Shown here one piece after another: positions 41,820 through 56,419 of a stretch of 64,000 nucleotides of DNA. The position numbers were made by a program, and so were the translations under genes. How positions within the stretch are numbered: position 1 is the stretch's first letter; each line of letters starts with the position of its first letter. The notes beneath the pieces are model-generated. The model was not told the origin of the DNA and did not search any database. It worked only from the letters and a program-made list of their open reading frames with translations. This stretch comes from Welwitschia mirabilis (taxonomy: Eukaryota): NCBI GenBank assembly GCA_051453625.1, contig JBOZIK010000001.1, positions 16,674,135 through 16,738,134 on the forward strand, in the 5' to 3' direction.

Positions 41820-43210
41820 ATAATTTTTTAGCATAATTAGAATCATAATTAGCTATGAAATATATAAATGATTATAAGCTAGATCTAACATTCTTGTTAC
41901 TATATGTTATCATTACATGAATGTCTTGTTACTTTTGTACTATTCAATTTTACCTTAAAGTATTTTTACTTAACTTTTGGCATTAAAATTAACTCTACAT
42001 ATTCTAATCCTATGCACACTAATGTACTAAAATGTTATTTACCTTTCCTTGTATAAGGAGATATTTTAGATAATTTTTCCATTGGTTTTGCAATAGCAAA
42101 GGATGGTTTTTAAGATATGTTGGATTTTTTTTCTTTACAAAATATCTTTATTTAAATTGTAGGCTTTATTACATATCAGGTTTCAACTTTTATGCATATT
42201 AGACATATTATTACTACTCATGGTTATGAAGTTTTCCATGTATCATATTTTGCTAAGAGTTTCTTTTTTACCCCCTTTTTTTCTTCTTCTTCTTCTTCTT
42301 TTTCTTTTTCTTTTTTTTTTTTTTTTTGGTTGAGTTTCCTACTTCTAAAGTGGTTCATAAAGCATTAGGTATTTGTATGTTTTAAACTTTCTTAGCAACT
42401 TTAGTAGCATGTAAATGAAATTTTGATTTTGACATAGTAGATCTAGCTTATACTCAATTTCTCTGCTATGTCAAGCTTCCAAATATTCTAGTTACTTTTC
42501 ATCTTTTTGAATGTAAAATCATTATTTACATTATTTCTATACTTTATCAATGAAAAATTTTACTATTAATGATATTCATAAAACATGTTATTTTGTGGAG
42601 GTTACTATAATAAGTCATAAGCATACTTTAATTCTAACTACTAGGGATTATGTTTTTACTCAAAATATTGATTACTTTAATTTATCCAACTCATGTGTAT
42701 ACTTTCATCATACTGATCATTACATCTCTCCTTGTCCCTATGTTAATAATCATACTTAATGCATTTTTATTTTGATTAAAAAAGAAACTTGTACTAGATC
42801 CATTGTCATAGACTATTCACTTTTCTTTAAAACCTTTGGAAAATGATTAAGTTGTAAAAATCTAAGAAGAAATTTTTCAAAGACACATTAAATACTTCTT
42901 CCCTACCTTCATCCCTTTCTTCCTCCAATAAGATCTTTTATTCTTTGGTACTCAATCACTTATGAATGAAAAAGATTTTATTTTAACTACAAGTCAGAAA
43001 ATATCTAAACATATCATTTTTAATACTATTTCTTCTTCTAAAACTTCTTAATAGACTTCTTTGGAGTATGTTATTTCAAATATAGTTATTACTTTTGAAG
43101 TTATGGATTTTGATATAACTATTTTTATTAACATTAATGAGAAGGGTCATTATTCCCCATATCTATCTTAATGAATACTATATCTTAGAATGTTTGAGGC
43201 TTCACAAAAA
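41820..43210 (+). mobile_element. LINE copy 2, 5' part (ORF1 and EN start)
   Basis: Collinear with about 36540-37500; CVYFHHTDHYISPCP, a decayed CCHC knuckle, in ORF 42550-42759. Confidence 0.8.
42276..42328. repeat. (TTC)n / poly-T tract
   Basis: Directly visible; absent at the equivalent point of LINE copy 1 (about 36630). Confidence 0.85.
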
Positions 43211-46200
43211 TAAAAAGAGCAAAGTATATTAAACTAGAAAAATTACATTGGGGGGTGATAACACCCTAACTTAAGAGGAAATCTAAACTGTTTGGAAAAA
43301 GGAGGAACATTCTACTAAAAGTTGAGGAATGGATTAGAAATAAAACAAAATTGAAGGTAAAAGAATCCCTAGAAAAATAAACTAAAAATGGGAAACTAAC
43401 TAACTAGAAGACTATTATGCATCAATCACTAAAGACTTCTGATTAATAGACTAGGGACGAAAACACACTAGAATACTAGAAATGATAAAAATTAACTTAG
43501 GCTAGAGAAAGACCTAAAATGTGGAGGATTAGTATCCTATACATAAAGGAAAAATATTACCATGGCTATGTTCTAGTAAAAAGCTATCCATTTCATCAAA
43601 TAAAACCTCAAAGGCCTAATTTACCGCTTTGAATTCTTCATCACCTACATAATTTTTACTTGGATATAGTTTTAGAGATTTTTTTTATAGTTGGACTTAA
43701 TGGCTTAATGGAGGGCTCTGTGGAAGATTTCTAATGTGACAAGGGAGCATCTTTTTAGTTCATGAATTATTGCAAGAATAAATTCTTATTTTACAGCATC
43801 CATATCCCTATTCTCCTGTGGGTTATGCCACATTTTTACTGAATAAGAGTTCATGGTTGAATTCTGGATAGAACTAAGCCCCTTTCTAGCTGAGAAAATG
43901 TTTGATCATGCCTTTCCTACTCCTAGGAGTCTGATGGAAGATGTTCCTAAGCTAGCTTCTTAGCTATCTCTTAAGCTATATCCTGAGTTATCTCCTGCTA
44001 GGCTGGGGATGAATCCATCTTTATTCTGTGTTCTAGAGGCAAAGTTATCCCCCACTAACTAGGACTATTTTTTACAACATTCATATTAGATTTAGGGGTT
44101 TCTTCTAAGGGGGTTTTTCTCTTAGGATCTCTCCTTAATGGAGTCTGATGGGGGAATCACCACAGAGGAGAAGAAGAAGCCTCTCTTCTCTTGATCTCAT
44201 TGGTAGCTTACTAAAGTATTAGGATTAATTCAGAATATCTAGAATAGTCTTTCTATTAAAGGGCCTGAATAAAAAAGAAAGGTAAATTCACTTGGATCCC
44301 TAGATCCAGGGCTTTAAGAAATGCAAAGTGAATGCCTAAGATCTTAGAACAACAACTAGACTGGATGAAGTTTAGTTGACTAATTATATGCCTAAGACTC
44401 ATGGGGGTAGTAGCATCTTCTGACTGATGTGTCCACTAGGCAACTTAGGAATACCACCAAGGAAGAAGTGAAGTGTTTCATGCTATCCTTGGCTTTTAAG
44501 AGGGATGTTTTATCTAGTTATAGGGATTTACAAGAATCTAGAGAGAGAGCCTTCAATTATTTCAATAGAAATTCTTCTATATGTTATGCATTATTATCTC
44601 CAATGTCTATAAAAAGGGGTGATATTTGTGTAGGAGGATTTTCCATTCCACAGCTTAAACTTTATCCCACATGTCTAGGAAATATTTAAAGAAGCCATGA
44701 TTGGAAGGCTCGATAATAGATGTAGCTTCCCTTACAAGTTTGATTTAAGAGTGATAGCATTTAATCCTCTTAGCAGTATTTAAAGGAAATGGTAAGGGGG
44801 TGCTATTAAAAATCAAATCATTTCTAATTCTTTAAATATGCTACTAAGTCAAGTGAATCCCATCATTTAAGTAGGTATCAGAAACATTACAGATCTAGTA
44901 GGACTTCTTCATTATTATTGTTAATTCTTTACTCTAAGTGCATTAATGAAACAAGTGATGTGTAGTTTGTGTAATTGATCTTTAATGAAAACTCTATGGT
45001 GATCTTTTAGCAAATAAAAAAACTTTTATTTTTTTTGAAATTTAACCCTTTTAATAATTCTTGTAGGAGTCATATTTTCCATATTTCTTTAAAAGGATTT
45101 ATTTGGGAGAAACTGCATGATAAATGTTTAATTCTAGTAGTTATATTTGAGCTTTACTAAGATGATTCCTCAAGTAGAACTCTTCCTGATCGATGCTGAA
45201 ATTTGGATATTTGTAATTGATAAAATTACTCCAAGGTTATTCTCCTTCATTTAGTCCTTTCAGGATCCTATGAGCTTTAGTAATGAGGCAATCCTCTGGT
45301 CTCTGAATCCCCCATCCTCCTGATTCTCTTGGATGGACTATTGTCTTTCATTTACAAAGATGAATTCAGTTTTAGTTTTTATCTCTAGATCATATGAACT
45401 CCTTCAAAATAATATTGATTTTTTGAGTAATACTATTTTGTGGGGGTAATAATGGAAGCTATATATCAAAAAAAAGAGATTAGACATGAGTTTTCAAGGA
45501 TAAACTTTTCTTTAGAAAAGAGAAAATTATTCTACCAGGATTTGAATAATCTTTAAATGGACTCAAGAATGTAATTTTAGGTGAGGTTCTTATGCTAATT
45601 CTAAAGGAGAATTCCCAAGTAAATATTCTCTAGGTCTACTAGTTTAGCGTTCAGGATTTGGATGATTTCACCCCCTCTAATACTTGAATTCTTGACTTGT
45701 TTCAATTAGTATGAAGATCTGTAGCTACCGCCTAAGGTTCATAGAATTTTTGATATCTTCTGCTTATTTACATGAATCCCTGATCATAATGATAGTATCA
45801 TCTATATAGTGATTATTGATAAAGATTTGACCTCCAATTCTAATTCTTGTAATTCTATTTCTTCTTAAAAAACCTATAAAAAATTCATTTAGTATGAATA
45901 TCTGTAGATGCCAAAAAAAGATTTATGAAATTCATAATAAATTTTTCTTATTGATATGAAATGTTAGTCATAAGGATGATATCATCTACAAAGTGATTAT
46001 TGATAAAATTTTGACCTTCAATTCTAATTCCTGTAACTCCATTACTTTTTCAAAATACCTGTAAGACATTCATCACAAAGAATAAAATATATGGAGATAA
46101 AGGATTCTTATATCTTAATCATCAACATATTGAAAAAAATTTTGACCTATTATTATTAATCTCCATACTAAATTTGGATGATGCTTGCATATCTAGCCAA

Positions 46201-49200
46201 AGATTAATGATGTCTTGATGAAAACTAGTTTTTTTAATGGATATTTCCTTATGCTTATCAACTGAGTAAACTGTAAGCTTTGGCATTATTCAATTTAGTA
46301 GTAAAAAGAGGAAATTTATGTTTTTTAATAGAATGAATGATCTAATGAGTCAAGAGGATTTGGGCTTAGATATACCTGAATCAGATAAAGCGAACTTGAT
46401 TCTCTGAAATTACCTTAGGTAGCAGGAGGATAATATAGCAAACCATGATTTTTGTGAAGATCCTATAAAGAACATTATAGATACCTAAAGGTTTAAAGTT
46501 CTCTAGTTTGTTAGCATTCCTCTTTCTAGGGATAAGGACCACCCTAGTTCTATTTATTTCCCTATAAATTTTCTTATTATAAGAAACATCCTACATAACA
46601 TCCTAAATATTATTCCTCAATATGAAAAAGTAAGATTTAAAAAGTTCAACTGGCCACCCATTAAAACTAAGATCTCTATTGTTCTTTATAGACCTCATAG
46701 AAACTATGATTTTATCTCTACTTAAGGGTTTAATAAGTAGGAAGTTGACCTCCTTAGAAATTCTCTCATTCTCTTAAATGATATGGGAGATGATATCGTC
46801 CCACTCCCAAATTCTTATAATATGGATTTATATTTTCTTAGCTATGTCTGATTCATTTTTTATTATTTGGCCTCTAATGGTAAGCCTTATAATTCTATTG
46901 CCTGATCTGTTTTGATTGGCTTACTGAGAGAAAAATCTTATATGCTTATCTCCCTCTTTAAGCTATTTTATCCATGAATGTTCTCTTCAATAATTTCCCT
47001 CATTATCATTTATTTCTTGAAGTTCCAATAGGCATTGATATTTAGTATTACAAAGGCTATCTTGGTCTTCTTTCTTCTCCTTCTCAATTTGGATTCTTTG
47101 AATTTCTTCCTTAAGTTTTTCTTTAGACTCGAACCTTTGTTTATCTTTCCTTCTCTAATCCTTTATGTGGGCTTTTAAGGTATTGAGACCTCTGTAAAGA
47201 AAAGTTATTGATTGTATTCCATTATACTGGGCTTATATTTTTTCCATTAATATTTGAGTTTTTATCTAGTTAATCNNNNNNNNNNAAACAAGATTCTTTG
47301 GAACATAATCGCCTCCACTCTAAGTTGAATAGGATAGTAATCCAAAGCTATCCTATTCAGGCCATGGGCTTTAATTGGGAGCTTAAATAAATCCTTACTA
47401 GCAAGGATTCTATCGATTTTGGACATGATAAAATTGTTGTCTATTTTTTTATTAGGTTATTTATACTTACATGTAGTAATATGTTCATCTATAAGAGTAT
47501 TCCATGTCAAAAAGATCTTTAAGGAATGAAGCTCTTCTGGAATTCTAGTTATTACACTCTAATTTTTTTTGACAGTGTATACATTAATTAAAATCCCCCA
47601 CAATGAGCCATTTATATTTATCTATAACTATTCACTATAATTCCTCTAAGATAGAGGATTTATCTTGATATTTTAAGGACATAAATATTTGTTATAATCT
47701 AACCCTCTTCCTTAAGGAAAATTTTAATGTGATTCTTACCACTATTAATTAGATCTACCTCCTTTTTGTTGGAGTTCAAAAGGCCTCCTAAATTACCTTA
47801 GGCTGCATAGGTAAAGGAATTCATTGCTGCCCTAAATGCACTATTTTCATACCAATTTTTTATTTTTATTTCTTATAAAAAACGAAATCAATATTAAACT
47901 AAGTAATAAGATTTCTTAGGATTTTTGCCTTATAGGAGAATCATAATCCCCTATAATTCCATGAAAGATAGTTTATTGGAGGTGTTTTCATCTCTTTCTA
48001 GGTGCTTAACCTTTTTTGAGAGTATCTTTAATGGTATCTTGGGACTAATTAGCCACATTCTCTATCATTTTCCTTTCTCTAAGGATTATATTACTTAACC
48101 TTCCCTTTGTTTGAGTTTCCATATCATTAGGTTTATTAGTATTTGGTGGTTGTTAGGGATTTTCTTCTTTCATAAGAGGTTGAAAGGAATTGTATTTCAT
48201 TTCCTATACCTTATTATCCTTGTTGTTATTGGTTTCTTTAGAGAAAATAGTAGTACTTTTAACTGAGTTTTCCTTCCTTTGCTTATTCTAACATATGCTA
48301 TAATTATATCTAATCTTTTCACAAAATGTATAGGTTTCCTTTTTCTTTTCTTTAATGTTAACTAACCATTTTCTACATAGTGAGATCATCTCTTTTTAGA
48401 AGAAACTCATCTCCCTGAAATGTACTCTAATTTTCTAAAAACATTACATGTGACCGAAAGGTTCTCATAAGTAACCTTAAGTTCACAGATATCTCATTTA
48501 AATCTGAATTTTACAAATTGAATCTTCTTTATGTCCTCTAAACTCATTCATATACAAAATTTGATTAGAACTAGTCTCATTTATTTTATGATAATCCTAT
48601 CCATCTTGATCAATTTACAAACCTAAGAAATAATTTTCCTTAAAAAATCTTCATCCCAAAACTCTAATGAGAACTTGTGGATCTGGATCTAGATGGATAA
48701 CCTCATAAATAGGTTTAGGTTTGATTACATCTAGAGTGTCTATTTAGCTAGGGAAAGACCCCATACCCTAAAGAACCAAGGTTCTCTCGCAATTATTTTA
48801 TCCCAATCTCATTCTCTGTCCAACTGGAAAAGCACCAACCCTTCTACCATAGTAGTAACATTAACTTTATTAACTCAAATCTATTTATTTGTCATCTATT
48901 CTTGAATCCAATATAGCTTTGGTCTTGGGCCAGATGAAATGGACTTTCTGATTAAACTATAATAAACTGTCTTCTCAATTTCATAATAAGAACCTTCATC
49001 GATGTCCAAAAATAGAGATTTTCCTTTCCTAAAGAAATGAGTCTTCTCCATGTTAGGGCCAAACCATTGAAGAAAACTCTAAAAAAAAAAAAAAAAAAAA
49101 AACAAAGCCAATATTTTAAAATATTATACAACTTATCCAAAGAAAGACTATCTAATGGCCAAAATTTCCCCTGTACTCTGTGATTAGGAACTAAAACCAC

Positions 49201-49280
49201 CCCCATCAATCTATGACATTCCAAGTCTCACTTCCTCCTATGCTCTAGATCTATAGAATACTAGTAGATCTCTAATAACA
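43211..49280 (-). mobile_element. Near full-length L1-type LINE of a different family, inserted antisense
   Basis: ORF1 of DUF4283 type: EPWFFRVW and I*IQIHKFSLEFWDEDFLRKI (48630-48790), YENLSVTC (about 48450-48470). ORF2: LSWNYRGL (about 47945-47970), GDFN (about 47590), SKIDRIL (about 47405-47425), EGDKHIRFF (about 46930-46957), FKPLGIYNVLYRI (about 46460-46500), HFVDD/HYIDD. Possible TSD cttcacaaaaa/cttcaccaata. Confidence 0.9.
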
Positions 49281-52200
49281 CTTCACCAATAATGTTTGAT
49301 AGAAGTGCTGTAGGCATTTTTTCCTCTAGGACTTTTCTACATTTATATTTTATGCCACTTTAAGAAATTAAAATCATAACCTCAAATTTTAATTTTCCTC
49401 CTATGGACTACTACATAATTCTAAGATTTTACTATTTTTCATCCTAAAGGATAGGGAGAGGCTATCATTTTGGTTTATTTTCATTGAAATTCACAAATTT
49501 ATTCTTATAATTTAAATCCTTAATAATAGTCCTATTGGGTTGTTATTTCTTCTTTCAGAGTGTACTTATTATTTTCCAATATATGCTTCCAATAATATGC
49601 ATAAATAATTTCAATCTGTAGATATTTAATAAGTATATTACCGTTTATTCCTTTTTCTTTTTAAGGATATTTTAATATGATTAATTCATCTTGTGATTTT
49701 CTTGAATTAGATGCTTGGTTTTAACTCAAAAATTTTTTTTGCCTTTTACATGTGATGTTTTACTTCTTATAAATAATAATAGATTATTTTACTTAAAGAA
49801 AGCTTCATCAAGATACTTAACAAACCTATAAGCATATAAATATATTTTATTACTTTACTCTTTTATTCTAGGATTTACACTATTTCATCAAGGTTTTAAA
49901 TATGGTAATTTTATTAGATCATTTTTTTATTAATATGTCTATGAAGTTTTATATTTCTTCTCTAAGAGATCATTGCCATTTATTTTTTTCTTTGTACCTC
50001 TTATCATAAGCTCCATATTAAAAGACAAATTCTTCATAGTTTTTGGAATGCAGAGAATGGACCTCTAAACTAATTAGATGGATTAATTAATGGCATCATA
50101 CTTTGGGTAGAGTTCAAAATTATGCTCATTTTTTTTATAACAAATAATGAGGTAAGGAAAATATTACTTTCATTCTATTAGCTAGAAAGTTTCATATTTA
50201 AATAATTAGCTTGTTAGTAATCCTTTTAACATTTCATTGTATGATTGCTGAAGTTAATGTGGCTCAATAAAAATAAAAATCCTTGTAGGAAAAACATTTT
50301 CTTATTAAAATTAGACTTTGATGGTTATAGACTCAAGAGAAAACTCCAAATAATTTTTTAAATTTTTAAATTTATTTAATGACAAAATTAAAATTACTAA
50401 TTTATAGGATTATTATTAACTTCTTCACAATTATAGTGACATCATTAATATTTTAAAGAGATTTTTAAAATATTATTTGAATTAATCCTAATTAATATAA
50501 ACAAGATTTAGCATGTTTCTTCATTTCTTTTCCTAGTTCTTACTAAAGAAATCTATTAAATGCTAGATGTTAAATTGATCTTAAAGAGATCAAAGACACT
50601 TGTTTTAATATGACTAATTGGAAATCTCCTTTCTTTTATGGTTTTCTTATGGGGTCTTTTAAATATAGCTAGGATTTAATAGGTTATGATTATCTTAATG
50701 TTGTAAGAAAGAACATATCTCAAGATTCACTTGGGAATCATATTAATAAAAGAGTTATTCCTCTTTTTTTCCTAAACATAGGGATTCTTTTTTTATTAAT
50801 AATTAATAATATAGCATTCTATTAAATACTTTTTATAAGATTTGGGTAAAGCGATTATCTTAAATGCTTAAAACAAATTCTTTTAGTTATTGTCACAGAG
50901 CAAAAAATGGATTTTTTTCTACGTAGGTATATTCTTTTAGATGTTTTGATAACTTGGAAAGAACATCAATGGGAACTTGATTCTAATCAAGATGTGGCCT
51001 TTATTAAATTTTATTATTCTAAATAATATGATAAAATTAAATGAGATTTTATTTTTAATTTTATGAAAATTTTAAGTTTTGGATCTCAATTCCTTTATAT
51101 AATATAGTATTTCTTTGTTGTTGCAAATTCCTTTATTACTACTTCTTAGGATGTGAGTTCTTCCTTTTTCTATTCATAGCTTTATTAGATAAGGTTGTCC
51201 TTTGGCTTCTTATCTTTTTATCATTTTTGCTAATTTTCTTTGTCAATCTCTTCAACATAATATGCAAGAAGGCTTGGTAAGGGGAATTTCATTAGAAGAC
51301 ATGATGTAGCAATTATTCAATTTTTATTTTATTAGTGATTCTTTTTTATAATGGAAAATGATAAATACTCCATTACTTAGCCTTTTAGTCATATTTAATA
51401 GTATTACCATTTCTCAAGAAGTGGAATTAATTGGCAAAATCTTCACTTTATATGAAAAGTATTACTTACTAGTATTTTCCACCTTAGAGTGGGCAAATTT
51501 TATAAGAAATAGAAAAATTTAAACTTTTGAATATCCCTTTCTCCTTTAATAGTTCTTCTCATAAGATATGGGATTAAACATTTTAAATAATCAAAGTTAA
51601 GTAAAAAATAAAGGATAAAACATCTTTCTCTTATAGGTTGGTATTTAGTTTATAAATCTAATATTTTATCTGTTCATCTTTACTATTCTTATTATTAAGA
51701 TCCTTTAAGAACTACTTATGGTAATCTTGAAAGTTACTTGAAATATTTATTTGGTCTTATGAAGAAGGTAAAAAAGCTTTTCATAGAGTTGATTAGAATA
51801 TTATTTCCTTACCAAAACAAAAGAGTGGTTTAGGTTTCATTAATCTATATTATTAAGAATATAGTTTAGCTACTAAATGGATTCTTTAAATCTTTGTTTC
51901 TAATTACTTAATTTCCACACTATTATTCCTTAATAAGAATTCATTTCCTAAGAACCATTGAATATGTTATAATATTCATCCAGTTAATTGGTTATTTACT
52001 TCATATTAGATTAGCATTCAAGGTACACATGTTTTTAGAAGTATTCAAAAGGCATGATAAAGATTTCATTCTTTTGTTTTTTGGGAATGTATGAAAACTT
52101 TTATAGGTTTCTTTAATATATTATTTCTTAGTGGTTACTGCTTCCTTATCCTTTAGCAATTATAAATTACAAGCTAGCTACAAGATGGTTTAATAAATTT

Positions 52201-53215
52201 TTAATGTCTTTGTAAAATTTTTAGGTTTTAAATAATTAGATTTGCTTATTGGATTTTCAGTATACATATGGGAACCATCTTGGCCTTTGATAAGATTTTA
52301 CTAAATTTCAAAAAAAATTTCTTCATGTTTATCATATTTTAAGTAATGGCGTTTACATATAAACTATCTATATTGAATAGATTATAGACCTATTCATCTA
52401 TATTCACTAGTCAAAAGCTATACCTTTCTATTGAATGCTATCAATGTAGGAACTATTCATAACCATAGATCACAAATGTAACATCCATCCTCTCTTTTAA
52501 TTTTTGCTTTAAAAGTATTTTGAAAGCTTCCATATCTTTTTAAGATTAATCACTTTCATTGGTATCTAATTTTTTAAGGCCTTCCTATTGGTAATCACCT
52601 ACAACATTTGGGACTTTTAGATCTACATTCTCTAATATTCACTTAATAGGATTATTTTTTAATGTATTTTTTTATTATTTATTTATAAGAAATAATTGTA
52701 CTAGGATTTTCTTATTCTTCCTTACGTTTCCATGGGTTTTGAGATCATTCTTTTAGGAACCAGTTTGAATTTTAGCCAAGCTCAGCTTTTTCTATGGAAT
52801 GTTATTAAACCATACATTCTTTATTTCATAATAAATAGAATACATAATTTAACTTTAGAAAACCAAATGTTTTCACTTTTTTTTTCCTGAATTTATAGAA
52901 AAATGTATTATTTCTTAACTACTATATCTCCATGATAATGTTCATCTAGTGAAGGAGAAATTATAAGTGATCTCTCTGATACAATTACTCATATTTTGAT
53001 TTTTTCCAAATTATAGTTGGCATAGTTTTGCCTTATTTAGTTTTCATTTTTTATTTTTTTCCTTTCATAGTAATTTTCCTTTTATGTTCCTATAGCTTAG
53101 CTACTAGATCTTGTACATTTTTAGTTATTGGCTACTTCTTACCCTTTAGTACTATAAAATTAGTTCTTCTAATAGTAATAAAATCCTTTTTTGGGTTATG
53201 ATGTCCCTTTTAAAC
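49281..53215 (+). mobile_element. LINE copy 2, 3' part (rest of ORF2 and 3' end)
   Basis: Collinear with 37500-41285 (e.g. tggctcaataaaaat, gattatagactcaaga, acctacaacatttggga, aaggagaaattataagtg); IR*GCPLASYLF at about 51185-51220. Confidence 0.88.
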
Positions 53216-55695
53216 ATTTTTTACTTTTACAATATTTATTTAAAAACTTCCCCTTACCTACTACGTATTATTTACATGCTCCTTGTAAAATAATAATATT
53301 CTCTTTACTTTTAATCTAGGTCCGTCATATTATGATAATAATCCTTTTAGAAGTTTTATAATTTCATATCATTAAATTAACTTTTATCACTATATGTTAC
53401 TTTGAATTTATTATTTCATATTTTCACTTCACATTGGATTTTGTAAGACTCACCATTCTATAGGATATAAATAATACTAATAGATGTAATAATGGAATCA
53501 TTCTTCTTAGGATCGATGCCTTCAATGAAAATTTAATTAGCTTAGCATGATGTGCATTGTAAATAATAAATATCAATCCTTTTTAGTATACTTTTTTTAA
53601 TTATTTAGATTAAAGATTGACTAGTAAAACTTAAATGCTAAAGATATTAATTATAACATAAAAATAATTAATTTTCCAAATTTGGGGGTCTAAAATTATA
53701 AAAATTAAAGTTTAATTAAAAAATATAGTGATTTTTTCTTTTGATTTATTTTATTCATTACTCTTATTAGATTTCTAAATTCATTACTTTTAGACATAAT
53801 TCAATTAGTAGACCTTATGTTATGATATGAAGTATGATTTAATTCCTAATAGAGATTTGATATTAAATAATTTTAAAATTTTATTTATAAAGATTATGCC
53901 AAAACTAAATTAATACAACATAAAATTAACTGAATACTAAAGTTAGTTAGGTTAGTGTTAATAAAATTTTCCAATAATTATATTGATTAAGTAAGATTTT
54001 TCTATTTCCTTTGAAAATAGTATGAGATTGAAACTTTTAAGTTCAAAAATGCATATGTCTCTAAATTATATTTTAATCATTGAAGTTTAATTTTTAACTA
54101 TTAAAATAACTGACCTATTAAATTTATAAGGTTTTAAAATTAGAGATAATTTTATAATTAAAATTAATTTATTTTTAATTTTTTAATTAAATTTATATAA
54201 TTTATGCTTTTTTCAAGATATATCCTTTAAGATAAGCATAAATACTAAGATAGACTCTCCTAATCAAAGTTTGCCATATTTTTTAATGTTGTAAAAAATC
54301 CAAAATCATATGTTAAAATAAAATTATATCTTAAAAAAGTACTTCAAACCATTCAAAATTTATTAATATATAAAAACTAATAAGTTATTATGATGTATAA
54401 AAAGAACGAAAGGCATAAATATAAAGATAAGATGTCCACTAATAAAAACATGGCCTTAATGGATACTTATTAGAAGAAGTTTCTTACTTGAACATAAAAA
54501 TCTTTTAAAAGATTCTTTCTTCTTCTAACATCTTATTTATCCTTTCAAATTGTATTTGTTACACTTAGTTATTAATCATATTTTTCTTAAATAATCTTTA
54601 ACCAAAATTTTTTAATTCTGGAAATCATGTATAAATCTTCTATATTCTCTTAAGAAGAGAAAACATTCTAAAGAATCCATCTCTTTTAGTTTTATTCAAG
54701 ATTAATAGTGATATTGTAACAATGCCTCCTAAATAAGAACTTAACATTATAGAATATACATTTTTTCTAAGAATAATGTTGTTTAAAATATTTACTAGAA
54801 TTAGTCATAAAATAATGGAAGAATATGAGAATAAAAATAACTATGAGTATTGGATGAACTTCTTTATATTTTAGCTAATAACTAAAATTTTATTTATGTA
54901 CAAATGCAAACTTTTGCTCTTGCTAAAACATCATAATATTGTAATCTTTATTACCTTTTTTCCAATATATCTATTTATACATATAATTATTTTTTCTATG
55001 TCAATTAATCTTATTTATACTATATTACATTTTTGCATTATCTATTAATGAGTAACTAGATCGTAGTTAATAATAGTAATACTTATATGTATTTATCACT
55101 AAATCATGAAAACTTCTAGGGTTAGAATAAGAATAAAATAATAAATAAACTCAAATTTAGGCTGATATCAAATCTATAAAAGTAAAATACAAAAATTATC
55201 TTATGGTGATCAACTAGAAACTTTCAAGTGATTGACCAAGAAATTTGAAAAATTAAATTACAAAATTTAATCATCTACTAATAGAAATTCTAAAAATTAA
55301 CTAAAAATTATTAAATATATAAATAGAAACTTTCATTCAATTAATTGAAAACTTTAAAGTGGTTGAGTCTATTAACATAATTTTCCAAAAAGTGACTATA
55401 AACTACTAAGTACATAACTAAAAAAGTATGGGTAATTAATCATAAAGTTTTAGGTAATTAACCATTGTTAAGAGGCCAAATTGATGATATCTAATATTGT
55501 TTATAAAGTGTGTTTCAGGATCATTTAGTAGGATTTTACTAAAATAATAAAAAATGCTAACTTACTATGAATGATCATAAAAAGGACATAGTCTTTGACC
55601 ATTTTTAATCATTCCCAAATGCTTTTTTAAGCATGATCCATCATGATCACATTGGTAGCTCTTTAATAAACAAGTAATAAAATAATAATAAGGTT

Positions 55696-56400
55696 TGACA
55701 ACATGGCAAGTTCTCAAGTCAAAATCTTCACATTAATTACTAGAGTCAATATAACTATTGGGAATTCCTTAGATATATTTTGGATGTATGGGAGCTACCA
55801 TATTACTCTAATGATAAAATGAGGCCTATTTAAGAATTAGATGATGGAATTTGAAGTATCATCTATTTACTAATCATTCAGATGAAGTCAGGAGATGATG
55901 ATAAGATATAAATAGAGTAACATGGTAAAGTATTAATGGACTATTAGATAAAGATAGTCAGATAATACCTCCTCCTATTTCATCTAGATGAGGTCTAAAT
56001 GAACTATGATTTGTAATTAATTAATAATAATCTATAACTAATGATTTATATTCAATGATATATAACCAATTAATAATCATTCTATTTATTACTAAATTTA
56101 TAATGTAACTACCTTACTTTGATTCTCAGCATTTATAAATCATAACATTAATCAATTTGTTATTAAATTATTATTGTAATGGCTTTCCTTTTATTACCAT
56201 CATTTAGCAATATTAAATGTTAATTCAACCTTATAAGTACTACCTAGGAATCTCATTTCATCCTCTTATTTACATCAAAGTAGCTTGTGACATTGGAGAA
56301 TTTTGGGCAAGGGATTCATCCACTTGTGAAAAACATTCTCCTTAGTGGCAAGCTATGTTTCCTATGTATTTGAAGTGTAATTGGTAATAAAATCAAGTAT
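55696..56400 (+). repeat. Possible LTR remnant
   Basis: TG start, repeated agatga(a/g)gtc motif and a TATA-like ttataagta followed by a pyrimidine-rich stretch; no partner copy or TSD seen. Confidence 0.25.
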
Positions 56401-56419
56401 TCTTATTCTTACCCTCTAT

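Noticed and set aside
44429-44689. 86-aa plus-strand ORF
   Set aside because: Antisense to LINE ORF2, with no independent support.
53215-55190. Transposase or host-gene remnant
   Set aside because: Extremely AT-rich with no motif I can support; left unassigned.
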